From: Callorhinchus milii
Lineage: Eukaryota
DNA: 64,000 nt
Reading direction: 5' to 3'
NCBI RefSeq assembly: GCF_018977255.1
Contig: NW_024704742.1
Location: forward strand, 130,326,001-130,390,000
Shown: positions 25,566-37,980 of the stretch, piece by piece
How positions within the stretch are numbered: position 1 is the stretch's first letter
Layout: each line of letters starts with the position of its first letter
Made by a program: the position numbers and the translations under genes
The notes under the pieces: generated by a model
The model's input: only the letters and a program-made list of their open reading frames with translations
What the model was told of the DNA's origin: nothing
Database searches by the model: none

Positions 25566-25741
25566 GCCCTGAAATTTGTCTTGAAATTTTAAGATTGTGT
25601 GGAATTTTTGAAAAATCTTAAACTCAGTCTCAATTTGGAAGCACTGTGAAGAACCCCAGACAACCGGCTTCCAAACTTAGACTGAATTTTGGAAGTTTCC
25701 CAAATTTTGCACAATCGTGACTTTTTTAAAAGAAGACAAAA
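25566..25741. mobile_element. Palindromic MITE-like element
   Basis: aaactcagtctcaatttggaagc pairs with gcttccaaacttagactgaattt; outer tttgtctt...gattgtgtggaattt pairs with aaattttgcacaatc...aagacaaa. Confidence 0.7.
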
Positions 25742-25916
25742 CTGTCTTTGAGACGTCCTCCTAACATTAAAGGCGCTTTGTAAATTCGTAGGTGGTCAAT
25801 GCTGTATTCTTACAGGTCAAGCTGAATTTTGGGTCTTGTAATTTGAATCCATGTCTATTTGCTCTTGATTTATTGAACATGAAACCATACTATTAGGATT
25901 TATCCACGTACAGCGT

Positions 25917-26288
25917 GGAGTCCTGTAGTGTAATAGGTAGCATGCTCACCTTGCAAGCGAGAGGATCCGGATTCAATTCCCGGACGGAGAGAAATCTTAG
26001 GCAAGTTACCTTAGTCCATACCCTTCTGTTTACCAGCAGTAAGTAGGAACCCGGTTGTTAGTCGATTGGCGGATTGCTTTGGGGGGGGTAATAATCCCTT
26101 AAAAAAAAAATTTGATCACTCAATCCACGACTATTTCTGGGACACTGCTGTGCACAATTGGCAGCCATGTTCTCCCACAAAATATACAACAGTCAATTCA
26201 CTTTACAGTATATTCTGTGAAGCACTTTGAGATATCTCGACGACGTGATGAGGTGCTATATCAAATACAAGAATTATTATTATTATTT
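25917..26288 (+). mobile_element. Family A SINE, full length
   Basis: Matches the family pattern. Confidence 0.9.
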
Positions 26289-26754
26289 TTGAATTTTAAA
26301 GGCTTCGATCAGATTTGTACCTGCAGACATGCATATGTCCAAGAATAACTGTGCATTTGAAATAGACTTGAACAACATTCAGCTATTAGCTCATTCAGCA
26401 ATGATGTCTGTTGGAGATGCTGAGATAAATACTGCAGATATTATGCAGACTGAATTGCTTTCAACATTCTTCCAATTCGAGGGACTAGGGCCAAATTTGA
26501 ACAGTGCCCAAATCCATAAATATGTTACAGGATGAGTAATTCATGTCACTTTGTAAATATATGAAGAGCCCAAGGACTGCACAATATATATACACAATAA
26601 CTCATTTAGACATGCTCTAGAAATACAATCTGAGCTAAGATTTATTGCCCATTGACGAGACCTCACTCAGGGAATTAACCAGCCCAGAGGAATGTAATGT
26701 GAGATTTGTTTCTGTCTGAACAGTTTACCTTACCTCCTCATTCACAAAAATCAT

Positions 26755-27095
26755 CGTAATAATCATTGCATTTGATAGAGCACCTGATCACATCGAAACC
26801 TCAAAGGGTCTTTTTTCTATTTAAAGTGCAGCAACTGCGCATTCGTAGATGAACGCAACAACTAATTTGTGCACCGCAATGCCCTAAAACAGCGGTAAAA
26901 TGAATGACCAATTTTATCTGGAGCATTATTGGCCAAGGTACCAGGAGAAACTCCCTTCTCTTTTCAATTAGTGCCATAGGATCTTTAACATCCACCTGAA
27001 CAGGCAGACAAGATATTGGTTTAATATCCCATTGAAGGACAGAATCTGACAAGGTAGTGCTCCTGCTGCATTCCATTAGAGGGTCAGCCTAGACT
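26755..27095 (-). mobile_element. Family B SINE
   Basis: ggccaaggtaccaggagaaactcccttctcttttcaattagtgccataggatctttaacatccacctgaacaggcag. Confidence 0.8.
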
Positions 27096-27867
27096 ACATA
27101 CATGTAGTGGTGGATGGAAACAGGGAGGGAGAATGGTATAGAAAACAGGGATTTAATGTTGGATCTGGCAGGGAAACAAGGAGGCCAGGTTTCAAACAGA
27201 CTTCTAAAGCACTCTCCTCACCGATTTCCTACTATTTTACAATGGGATTTTCCTATTATAAAGCATTAACCAAAGGATTGCTATTTCTAAATATCACGTG
27301 GATAAATGTTTTCCTGACTGGGTTTCGGACAAAACCACAGGAGCGATGCGAGGTGCCAGAGCAGCCAAAGCACTTTTGGAAACACTGAGTTTCCTTCAGG
27401 GCAAAATTTCACGCAGTTAATACTAATCATATGGTATCATCACAGCTGGGTTTCAGTGGGTACTCCAGCAAATTGTAACAGGTCAGTTCAGACAATGGGA
27501 CAGGAATGTTCTGAACCATGTGGTTAAGATGTTCCCAATGCTCCAACCACTTTTGTATTTCACAACCATCTCCTAAACCTCACCCAGGCAGCAGCAAAGT
27601 TTCTCAAAGAAATGCTGCGACACAACTCAAGAGGTTCTAATCAATTCCAACTTCTACCCCTTCCTCACAAGAGATGCCTAATTCTCCAGCAGACGCCACA
27701 CCCATCAGCAGTAGCCTGCTGTTACCCCACTGAAATAGCCCGTAAGTATCCGGCACCCTAACATAACCAATGGAGGGGTCGGGTGAGGAGAAAGGTCGGG
27801 TGAGGGTGGGGACATCAAAGCCAACTCCAATCCCGTTCTCACCCAAAACCCAAACACTTTCTAGTCC

Positions 27868-28156
27868 ACTGTTCAGGTGGACGTTAAAGATCCCGTGACA
27901 CTATTCGAAAAGAGAAGGGAGTTTATCCTGGTGTCCTGGCCAACAATCCCCCCAAATAAAATTGATCACTCAATCCGTGGCTGTTTGTGGGACACTGCTG
28001 TGTGCAATTGGCTGCCGTGTTTCGCCCACAAAATACAGTAAATCTACTTTTCAGGGTATCCTGTGAAGCGTTTTGAGGCATCTTGATGATGGGATAAGGT
28101 GCTACATCAAATGCAAGAATTATTATTATTATTATTGTTATTATTATTATTATTAT
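27868..28156 (+). mobile_element. Family B SINE, 5'-truncated, with long (TTA)n tail
   Basis: ctgttcaggtggacgttaaagatcc...aatcccccaaataaaattgatcactcaatcc...(tta)n. Confidence 0.85.
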
Positions 28157-28981
28157 AGCTGTGGTGCCTGAATAGTGACTGGAGGCCCAGGAGGCAAACC
28201 AGGGCAGGAGGATATTGCAATGTTAGAGTGGGGGAAGACCAGGAGGGTTTTGAAGGTCAGGATGAGGAACTTAAATTCAAAGAACTCACCTCCGTGGCTC
28301 ACTCTCACAGACCTCGCTTTTCAAAGCGAACAGCTCATGTTTGGCCTCAGAGACCGATCGACATAAAATGAAAGCAAAGTCGGCAACAAACCCACATTAC
28401 CAATGTTTCTATTTAAATAACTAACTATCTGCTGCTGCCAGCTTTGTGTCCCCACTTGCTAACCACAACAGCGATGTTTACACATGGGCTGGGCTGAGAC
28501 ACTAGCCCACACTGGGGGATTATACTGGGGTGAACCATAATTGTCTGCTTTTAACTGAAACCATTTCTTAAGCTTTGTTTATACTCCAGGCAATAATGGC
28601 GTCCAATTGGTATGATCATAGGAACATAAAATAGGATATCCAGGCCAAGAGGAGACTATTCTCATCAATAAAACAGCTCTGTATTATTTCCCAATGTAAT
28701 ATCCAGGTTCTTTTTCAGTAGAACTTGTTGTCTCTATATAATCCCGGCAGGCAGATTGTTCCAAACATGTATCACTCCTAAAAGTAACAACAAAGTTATG
28801 GATAGTCGCAATACATTTTAAAAGTAATTAGCATCACAGTTCATTGCTGAAGCCCTGGTACAGTTTCCGGATTTAATTTGAAACATAATTTTCCTGGGTT
28901 TAACCTCGTAGTGCCATTTAATGCCTTATGCACTTCAGTGAGATGCCCCTCAACCTCCTTTTCTCTAGGCTTTGCAGTATG

Positions 28982-29107
28982 TGGAGTCTTGCAGCTCAGT
29001 GGTTAGAGCACTCGCCTCGCAAGCGAGAGACCTGGGTTCAATTCCCGGCAGGGCGAAATGTTGGGCAAGTTTCCTTACTCCACGCGTTTCTGTTTAGCTA
29101 GCAGTAA
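28982..29107 (+). mobile_element. Family A SINE head, 3'-truncated
   Basis: Intact tRNA-like region gctcagtggttagagcactcgcctcgcaagcgagagacctgggttcaattccc. Confidence 0.9.
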
Positions 29108-29110
29108 TTA

Positions 29111-29452
29111 ACCTTTCACATCGGGAGGACGTCCCAAGGCGCTGGACAGTGTACAGCATTTCAGACCCGAGCTGGGGTCAGAGGGGAGAAGGGAGGGGAG
29201 GGGAAGGGGGGTGACCAATGGCATGGTCGAAGAGGAGAGTTTGGAGGCAGGACTTGAAGGAGGTTAAGGAGGGGGCGAGGCGGAGTGATTGGGCGATGGA
29301 GTTCCAGAGGTTAGGGGCAGAGTGGATGAAGGCTCTCCCGCCAATGGTGGGGTGAGTGGGTCGATAACTCAGTCATGCGAGCGTTTTGACTTGCAGTCTT
29401 ATTTCATTAACATAGTAACTCAGGGGGAAAATCAGCCATAGTTTCTTAGCCC
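29111..29452 (-). mobile_element. L2-tailed element with unrecognised ~95-nt head, copy 1 (tail end missing)
   Basis: Collinear with 34961-35302 throughout. Confidence 0.8.
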
Positions 29453-30214
29453 ATATTGTGAGTTAATTAACCCAAGAAATGGATAACGGAATATCCACAA
29501 ATTTCTTTTGGTTGTGTAATTGGCATCACAGTTCATGCCGCGTTCGCTCACAAATATACAGTCAATTCACTTTACAGTGTGTTCTGTGAAGCGCTTTGGG
29601 ACGTCCTCCCGACGTGAAAAGCGCTATATCAAATGCAAGGATTATTATTATTATTATTATTACTGGAGACGTGCCGGTACAATCAGCGATTGTCCTTACC
29701 CATGTCTATACAATCAGCCGGATGCTTGACCACGGAAAACTCCCCACAAGAAACCAACTATATACTCTAGTTAGTTTCCCTAGATAGGCCTTTGGAACCT
29801 GATTGCAATTCCATATAAAGAGGAATTTTAACTCAGAAGTTCCCATATGACAAGATGAGCAAGATTGCCTCAGGTGAAGAAGGCCCTTTGACCCAGTTGA
29901 CCTCATCCTCCCAGAATACTTACTCTACTGCCATCCCATCGCAGCAACAGCTGCGTTTTTCTCCCAAATAAGTCCAGCTATTTGGCCTCAAACACACTTC
30001 TTCACAACATGTTCTTGTCTTTAGTTACCCTTTGACAAGGACAACAACAACAAAATTACATTTGTATAGCGCCTTTGAAGTCATGTCTCTGAGCCTGGGA
30101 GCACTGCACTGAATACAGCCAAGTCTTCAGGAAGGAACTGTGATACAAAAGAAAGGAATTTACATTTATTCTTTGTGCTAATTAACACAGAGAACAGGTT
30201 AAGAAGTTACCCCC

Positions 30215-30518
30215 AAGCGAGAAGACCCGGGTTTGATTCCCAGGCAGGGTGAAACCTTAAGCAAGTTTCCTTACTCCACGCATCAATGTTTACCTAGCAG
30301 TAAGTAAGAACCCAGATATTTGGTGGATTGCTTTCCGGGGGTAATAATCCACCAAAAAATAAATTAATTAATTAATTAATGAAAATAATTTGGTCACTCA
30401 ATCCACCACTGTTTGTGGGACACTGCTGCCGCGTTTTACCCACAAAAGACAGTCAATTCGCGTCTCAACAATGTGATAAGGCTCTGTATCAAATTAAAGG
30501 GTTATTATTATTATTATA
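30215..30518 (+). mobile_element. Family A SINE, partial
   Basis: caagcgagaagacccgggtttgattccc ... ttattattatt. Confidence 0.85.
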
Positions 30519-30807
30519 ATTTCCAAGAAGGCTGCTTCACGGCAGGCAGGAATGCATCCACTGGGTACTTACAGCCACCATAGCAACATGTGGCAGCTGT
30601 TGATGTAATGGTGTGCTGTGCTCAGGGCTGCAGTGAGAATGAGCAGATTGAGTAGCGCTGAGTGAGTGAGCCACAGGCTCCTCCGTGTCAACAGTGAAGA
30701 GCAGTCAACAGGAAATGCCCGTGTTGGTGGGAGCGAGAGAGGGAGGGCTTGAGAAGACTGTCAAAGCTCACTGGAGCAGGAACTCAATCACAGCAAGCAG
30801 ATAAACA

Positions 30808-31020
30808 GCCCTGAGCTTTGCAATTCCTTATGGTCATAGCCTTAAGAGTGTTGTCTTTTTTTTAAATTAGCCTTAATTAAGGATATTGAAAAATTCTTAA
30901 ATCCATTCTTAATTTGGAAGCTGCTTTTCTGCAAGTCCTGTTTTGAAAATGGCTTCCTGAATTTAAGAACATTCCACGGCTCTGCTCAATCTCAAACTTT
31001 AAGACGAAATGGTCGTTAAA
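30808..31020. mobile_element. Palindromic MITE-like family copy
   Basis: ttgtctt...aaattcttaaatccattcttaatttggaagc...ggcttcctgaatttaagaac...taagacga. Confidence 0.6.
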
Positions 31021-31788
31021 AACAATTAATAAAGCAATGCTTGTATTTTGATATCATGCCTTTCACTTCAGGAAGACATCTCAAAGCGCTTTACAGTATT
31101 TACTATTCCATTTATGTATATGTTGCAGGTAAATGCAGTAGCTAATTTGCAAACAGCAATGGTCCCACAAACAGTCATGAAGTGAATGACTCATTCTAAC
31201 TAGAAATTGTTGGCCTAGACACGGGGAGAAACTCTCTTCTCTTTTCTCAAAGTAGTGAGATCTTTAAGCGCTCTCAGATGCTACCCTGAGTGAGGGAGCA
31301 ATATAAATGCTAGTTGTTGTTGTTTAACATCCACCTGACAAGCAGTCGGAACCTCGCTTTAACCTCTAATCTGAAGGATGGCTCAATCGACAATAGTACA
31401 AATGCCCAACACTGCACTGGAGCGTGAGTAGAGGCTTCAGAAATAACACAAATGATAGCTTATCCTATTAGTGCTGAGAAGGGAGTTGAGAGCTATGGAG
31501 AAAACCTTGTCCATCATAGTTTGCAGCTTTCTATCTGTCAGTCAGGAGACGCAGCATCACAAAACCAATGCCAACACTCCTAAACTGCACGCAAAATAAC
31601 AGCTCCATGGGACTGCCTTTATTTAGCTTTGTGACTAAGCTAGAAAATTAATGAGAGCAGACTGGGAGGGAAAACCCATCCATGAATAGGAGTTGTTCTT
31701 CACAGCACTCACTGAGGTTTGGATATTTGTTGTACAAATGAAGCTCCAGCTATTCCCAGTACTATGGGCCGCAGCTCACACACAATTG

Positions 31789-32157
31789 GGAGTCCTGTAG
31801 GTATTGGTAAGAGCACTCGCCTCGTAAGCGAGAGGACCTGGATTCAATTCCCGGGCAGGGTGAAACATTAGGCAAGTTTCATTACACCACACACTTCTGT
31901 TTGACTAGCATTAAGTTGGCACCCGGTTGTTAGCTGATTGGCGGATTGCTTTTCTGGAGGAAATATTCCCTTTTTGAAAAAAATGTGATCACTCAATCCA
32001 CGACTATTTGTGGGACACTGCTTTGCACAATTGGCTGTCACATTTCGTCCACAAAATATACAGTCAATTCTCTTTACAGTATATTCTGTGAAGTGCTTTG
32101 AGATGTCTTGAAGTCGTGATAAGGAGCTATATCAAATGCAAGGTTTATTATTATTTT
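31789..32157 (+). mobile_element. Family A SINE, full length
   Basis: Matches the family pattern. Confidence 0.9.
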
Positions 32158-33406
32158 TATAGGGCCGAGTAGTGGGATTGAATCAACACCTTGCTCTGAG
32201 AGCTGGTGCAGATTGGGACTAAATGGATTGCTCGTCGGAGATGCAGCACAGATAAGATAAGACAAACACTCTCCTCCTATGCATTAAGATTCTATGTATC
32301 TATGGTATCTATGGCTCAAGAGCTGTGTCAAAAACTAGAAATGCTTCTTTCTTTAAAGCACGGTTAGTGAGCGTGTCTGCACGAAATGTTACAACCGGCT
32401 CGGAGAACAGAGCTGCAATGCAATGCTCCATCTGATATGGATTCTGAGGCTTTGATCCTGAATTGCAAACATTGATTTGTTAAGATTGAAGTTTGCTGTC
32501 AACTGACTGCTTGCTTCACTGCAGCCACAGGACGATTCACATTTCCCAATACTCAACCATCCAAACTCTTCCTGCACACTCATTCAACTTTGCCCTTGCA
32601 ACGATTTTAGGCAGGTGTTGATCCTCAGTCCATCCAACCTACCCGTCCAATATCCCACAAGATTCCTTCAAAGTATGAATCTCTACATGTTATAAAGTGA
32701 GAGTAGGGATTTGACCCACTCAACTCCAGCTAATCTTGAAAGCCAAACTAGTGAGTAGAGTGGTCCATGCTGGACAAGTAGCGGATGTTTGCTAGATGCT
32801 TTCAATGGAAAACTATGCAGTTTTAGCCTGTTGAAACTCCAGCAGTACCCCAACAACCATTCTGGAGACACAAAACTTGGTTCTTGCTACCCTTCATATG
32901 ATATTCTCCAGAGTTAGGAAAGCGGGAAGAGAGTGCATTCCCCATGCGTGTACAGCCAATACATGTAAAACTCTCTAGGATTCTCTGATGGGTTTCTGCA
33001 CGTGTCAGAACCTGCTGACCAAAATAAATGAGTCTAAAAACCTTAAGTTCTGTCTTTTAGTTGACAGGATTTGGTCTCTCAGTCTATAGTCCTCTTTACA
33101 CCCAATACTGATCCAACACTCACTGCACCAGCTGGAGTTATGCATCTTTTTACATCAAAACTAACCTCTGTCAGCAGATACTGGGGCCAATTTTTGAAGC
33201 CTTTTACTACCTGAATATTTCATGATCTTAAGAATGCAACTGCATCATTGCAGAGATATTGTACTTTGGTGAACCTTTGCTGAGACAGAGAAGTCAAGAA
33301 GAGGTCACTGCACTTGCAAAGGTACTAGTAAGGCTCGTACTCGAACGGTGGTGAACTGGGAAACTTTTGATCACGGTTTCAAAGTGGAACGACTTGGATA
33401 TAAACC

Positions 33407-33845
33407 TACAATGGGCTTCATTATAAATGCGCTTGGTTCCCAATAGGTAAGCACGAGAGCCGGTTTCAAGGAGTACTTTGGCCGGTTCTCGCACCAAAAG
33501 AAATAACTGCCAACTTCCGGATCACTGCCAGCGTGAGTTCCTATTTGCTATTGTGTGCAAAACAGAAAGTGATGGTGGCGGTGACCCGAAGACCTGGAAG
33601 TTGAACTTTAAGCATGGTCATGTAAAATGACCGCCTTCCAGGATATCAGACTGATGTCACTTCCTGTTTGCTGTGCATACGACAACCGGGAAGTGACACC
33701 AGCAGCAACCTAATTACGTGGAAATCGGCCATTTTAGCGTGAAAAGCCAGCCGGAACGCCGGAAACACGTAGGCTGGCTGCACAAATGCACAATGAATGG
33801 GTTGCTCAGTGCAACTGAATCTCCACTATAATGAAGTACATTATA
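33407..33845. mobile_element. Nested-palindrome foldback/MITE-like element
   Basis: Outer inverted repeats aatgggcttcattata / tataatgaagtacatt enclose two internal hairpins (33511-33603 and 33624-33735). Confidence 0.6.
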
Positions 33846-34309
33846 ACAGGGCTGCACCGTATAATAATATTTAAACAAATAATACTTACATTTTGATTAT
33901 TGTGCCCATAATGTTGAAAAGTCAAGAAATTGCCTGACAGAGAATTACTGTCAATTGTAGTGATTGTGTATATGTAGGGAAATCAAACAGCTGAGTTCTA
34001 AATCGTCCTCCAGAAGTTTAAATCCAGACTTTCACATCTGGCAGTGGAATGGAACATTCCTGCGCTGTGCTAGTTATTGACAAAAAATGTACAAAACTCA
34101 AGACTCCTGCACTTCAAATGCTCTGAGCTTGAAGACAGTATACATGGGGCTTATCTCACACACATACACACACATAAACCACTATCTAATGACACGCTGC
34201 TGCTAGTGGCAAAGATAACTCAAGAATCTGGTTATGATCCAAGCACCGCAGATATCAAGATTCTTTCCCAATCGTGTCTGAGATCTCTTTTTGTTTAACT
34301 AATCTTTAC

Positions 34310-34565
34310 AACAACAACTTGGGATTTATATAGTGCCCCTCACACAGAGTAGTGTCCCAGAGAGCTTGACAGTCCTGGAGCTTGACCCCGACCTGAAGAT
34401 GAGGAAGGAAGAGAGGGATTTAGGGAGAGAGTTCCAGAGTTTCAGGGCGTAGTAGCTGAAGGGCGTGGGAGACCAGCAGGAAGCCGGATTCAGTCGAGAT
34501 TGGGCAACGGGTTGTGATTTGGGGAGTAAGTAGGTCAGAATGGTAGGGAGATACCAGGGTATGAA
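34310..34565 (-). mobile_element. L2 LINE 3' fragment, decayed
   Basis: caacaacaactt tail; translation contains FSYYALKLWNSLPKSL. Confidence 0.8.
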
Positions 34566-34929
34566 AAGCTTTAAAATTCTAAAGCAGTTTTGTCTGTGCC
34601 ATGTTATTGAATATTTTTCTTTTCTTTTCCAATACTCTCCCTCGTGCAGGCTGGCACTGACTGACCCACAGCAACATTTCCAGCAGCTCTTTAGAGCCTT
34701 GTCCAAATTGCAGTTCTTTTTGTGTGAGTCAGGACGATGAGGGTCAATACAGAAGAGCATCAGAGCCAATTCTGCTGCTACCTTCATCTGAAATCCATAT
34801 TTTAGCAAGTATATCACAGTCAATTCATTTTACAGTATATTCTGTAAAGCACTTGGAGACGTCTCGAAGATGTGATAAAGTGCTATATCCAAATGCAAGG
34901 ATTATTATTATAAATGTCTAGTTATTGCT

Positions 34930-35302
34930 CATAACAACAACAAGATTACATTTGTATAGCACCTTTCACATCGGGAGGACGTCCCAAGGCGCTGGACAGT
35001 GTACAGCATTTCAGAACTGAGCTGGGGTGAGGGGGGGAGAAGGGAGGGGAAGGGAAGGGGGGGTGACCAATGGCATGGTCGAAGAGGAGGATTTTGAAGT
35101 GGGACTTGAAGGAGGCTAAGGAGGGGGCGAGGCAGAGTGATTGGGGAATGGAGTTCCAGAGGTTGGGGGCAGAGTGTCTGAAGGCTCTCCCGCCAATGGT
35201 GGGCCGGGTGGGTCGATAACTCAGTCATGCGAGCGTTTTGACTTGCAGTCATTTCATTAACATAGCAGCTCAGGGGGAAAATCAGCCATAGTTTCTTAGC
35301 CC
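34930..35302 (-). mobile_element. L2-tailed element with unrecognised ~95-nt head, copy 2 (complete tail)
   Basis: L2 part encodes TIGGRAFRHSAPNLWNSIPQSL...SFKSH; ends in TTG repeats; head shared with 29358-29452. Confidence 0.8.
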
Positions 35303-35749
35303 GTAAGTAGCTGGTCATTAATAATAAAAAAATAGTGCTTGCCTTTAGGATATCCGGTACACCTATAATGTCAAGATGTCTAAAATTGCTTCAAATGTTT
35401 CTGTATATATGATGCAGTGACTATATCTGCATTTGAACGTGGCAGCCATTTTTTATCCGAGAGGAAACCTGGATAAAAGGAAAACACAAGAAACTCCCTC
35501 CTCTTTTCAAATAGCGCCAGGAGATTTTTAATGCCCACCCAAACATAGAGATGGGACCTCGGTTTAAGGACAACACCTCTAACAATCCAGCAACACTCTC
35601 TCAGCACTGCACTGGAACAGAGGCATAGATTACAAGCCAATTTTCTCAATGTGGGGCTTGAACCCAGAAGCTTCTGATTCAAAGGTGAGAGTTCTATCAA
35701 CTGAGCCAGACTGACAAATGACAGTACAGTAGGAGCACTACAATTGACC

Positions 35750-35970
35750 TTAGCCATGTTTGTGAAGGTGGGGGTGCTGGTCAGGAATCAGCCTGTTTCC
35801 TTGCTCTTGCAGAAACTCTGCAACTGAATGAATGTCAGTGCATGGTGAGTGAGAACAGAATTGGACTTTGGTGCAAAAACAGTAGAACAGGCCTGTCAAC
35901 ACTTACCGTCAAGGCTCACTCATGAATAACAGCACTGAGATAAGGTGCTGAAGGGTGCCCTCTTTGGCAC
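35750..35970 (+). mobile_element. MARE3-like relic
   Basis: ctacaattgacctt...aatcagcc...gtgagaacagaattggact...gcctgtcaacacttaccgtcaaggctcactcatgaataa. Confidence 0.5.
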
Positions 35971-36329
35971 AGGGAGGGGAAGAGAGGGGTGAAAGGGAAA
36001 GAGTCAAACTCAGTAAAATGCATTCACTCAGAGCTGGGAAAGGGGAAGAAAATTGGAGGAAGGGAAAATGTTTCACTCAGATTTTTCTGCACATACGAAC
36101 GTATGTTTTGATCTTGATGTTGCTCACAGAAATCAACAGGAAAAGAGCAGCCAGCACTTGCCCTGATAGTGGACCATATTAAATGCAAAGCTTCTGTTTA
36201 AGCTAAACAAGATGCAGTTTGATGATTGAGATTAGATTTTCACCACACTGTAGGCTATGCTCCAGCGGAGAGGGGCATTGTACGTTTAAATTTTTAGTCG
36301 GACTCTTAACGAAGGGTACACGTTTATAA

Positions 36330-36687
36330 TTAAATAATAATCCTCGTCTTTGATATAGCACCTCATCAGGTCATTGAGATGTCTCAAAGCGCTTCACGGA
36401 ATACAATGTAAATTGAAGTGACTGTATATCTTGTGGGCAAAATGTGGCAACCAATTGCACACAGCAGTGTCCCACAAACAGTCATGGGTTGAGTGACCAA
36501 ATTTTAATTTTCTTTTAAGGGATTATTACTCCCCGGAAAGCGATCCGCTGATCAGCTAACAACCGGTTTCCATTTATTGCAAAGTAAACAGAGGAAACTT
36601 GCCTAACGGTTTGCGCTTGCCTGGGAATCAAACCCAGATCCTCTCGCTTGCGAGGTGAGTGCTCTAACCAATAAGGTACAGGACTCC
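36330..36687 (-). mobile_element. Family A SINE, full length
   Basis: Matches the family pattern. Confidence 0.9.
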
Positions 36688-37409
36688 AGACTCCGGGGGT
36701 TTCTCCGCACCCCCTTTCTGCGCCTCCCCCCCTCTCCCCCGCACCCCCCTCCAGCCAAAAAAAAATGTACAGGGCTATCCACTGTCCTCTATCAGGAATT
36801 TCTATCTGCTACATAAACACCAAAAAAACATGAAATGAACAGAGAGACTGGAAATCCAGAGCAGGCCAGTCAGCAGCCAAACCGGGGTCGAGATTTGCAG
36901 CGCCTGAACTCTGCTTTTTAATTCCTAATAAAGACACACTTACATTACTGACTGGGGCTGCTGGTAGCTGGTTTACACTGATACACATCTTCAATCCTGT
37001 TGACTGGATTTCCTGTTTACAGAAACTTCGAGGCACTACACGCCACTAAAGCCCCTCACTGACCCCCAGCACACGACACAACACAATTCGGCAAAAAAAG
37101 AAAAACAGCTGGACCAACAAATTCCAGTCTTGGTTTCATGATTCTTACATGATCTCCCGCTATAGCTTATCTCGCCCACAAATATACAGTCAATTCACTT
37201 TACAGCATATTCTGTGAAGCGCTTTGAGACATCAAGAAGACGTGAAAAGCGTTACGTTACATCAAATGTAAGGATTATTATTATTATCACATATTCTGGC
37301 TCATCCAGGACTCTGCAGCCTCTGCTCTTTCCTACACCAGAGTCCATAGCACAAGGCACCCCCCTACCCATCAATCGTTGCCAGGCTCCCTGGCTCCTTA
37401 AGGTTCTCT

Positions 37410-37980
37410 CACTCCATCAAATACCTTTTCCTGGCCCTGCCTCTGCATTCTCCTCTAGCCTCTCTGTCTTCCCTCATCCCAACCCCACCCCCATGCTCGG
37501 GTCCCAACCCCTGACTGTCCAGCGCTTTGGGACGTCCTCGCGACCTGAAAGGCGCTCTATAAATGTAATTTTGTTGTTGTTGTTGCTCAATTGGTAGCAC
37601 TCTCACATCTGAGCCAGAAGATTGAAGGTTCAACCTCCCAGTTGGGAGTTGGAGCTCATAAACTAAGCTGACACTCCAATGCTACGTTGTTGGAGGTGCC
37701 ATCCTTCGAATGAAACGCTAAACCGATGTCCGGTCTGTCTGTTCAAATATCCCATGGCACTATTTGAAAAGAGTTGAGAGTTTCTCCTAGTGTACTGGCC
37801 AACAATTGCCCAAATAAAACTAGTCACTCACTCCGTGGCTGTTTGTGTGACTTTGCTATGTGCAATTGGCGGCTGCGTTTCGCCCACAAAATACACAGTC
37901 CATTTTACGGTACATCCTGTGAAGCGCTTTGGGACATCCTCTCGACGTGAAAGGCACTATTCCAAATGTAAGGAATATTA
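37410..37980 (+). mobile_element. L2 tail (37410-37585) directly followed by a family B SINE
   Basis: actgtccagcgctttgggacgtcc...(ttg)n then gctcaattggtagcactctcacatctgagccagaag. Confidence 0.8.

Noticed and set aside
28982..29055. tRNA-Ala(CGC) gene
   Set aside because: It continues into the SINE body and recurs many times with decay; it is a SINE head, as are the other tRNA-like hits.
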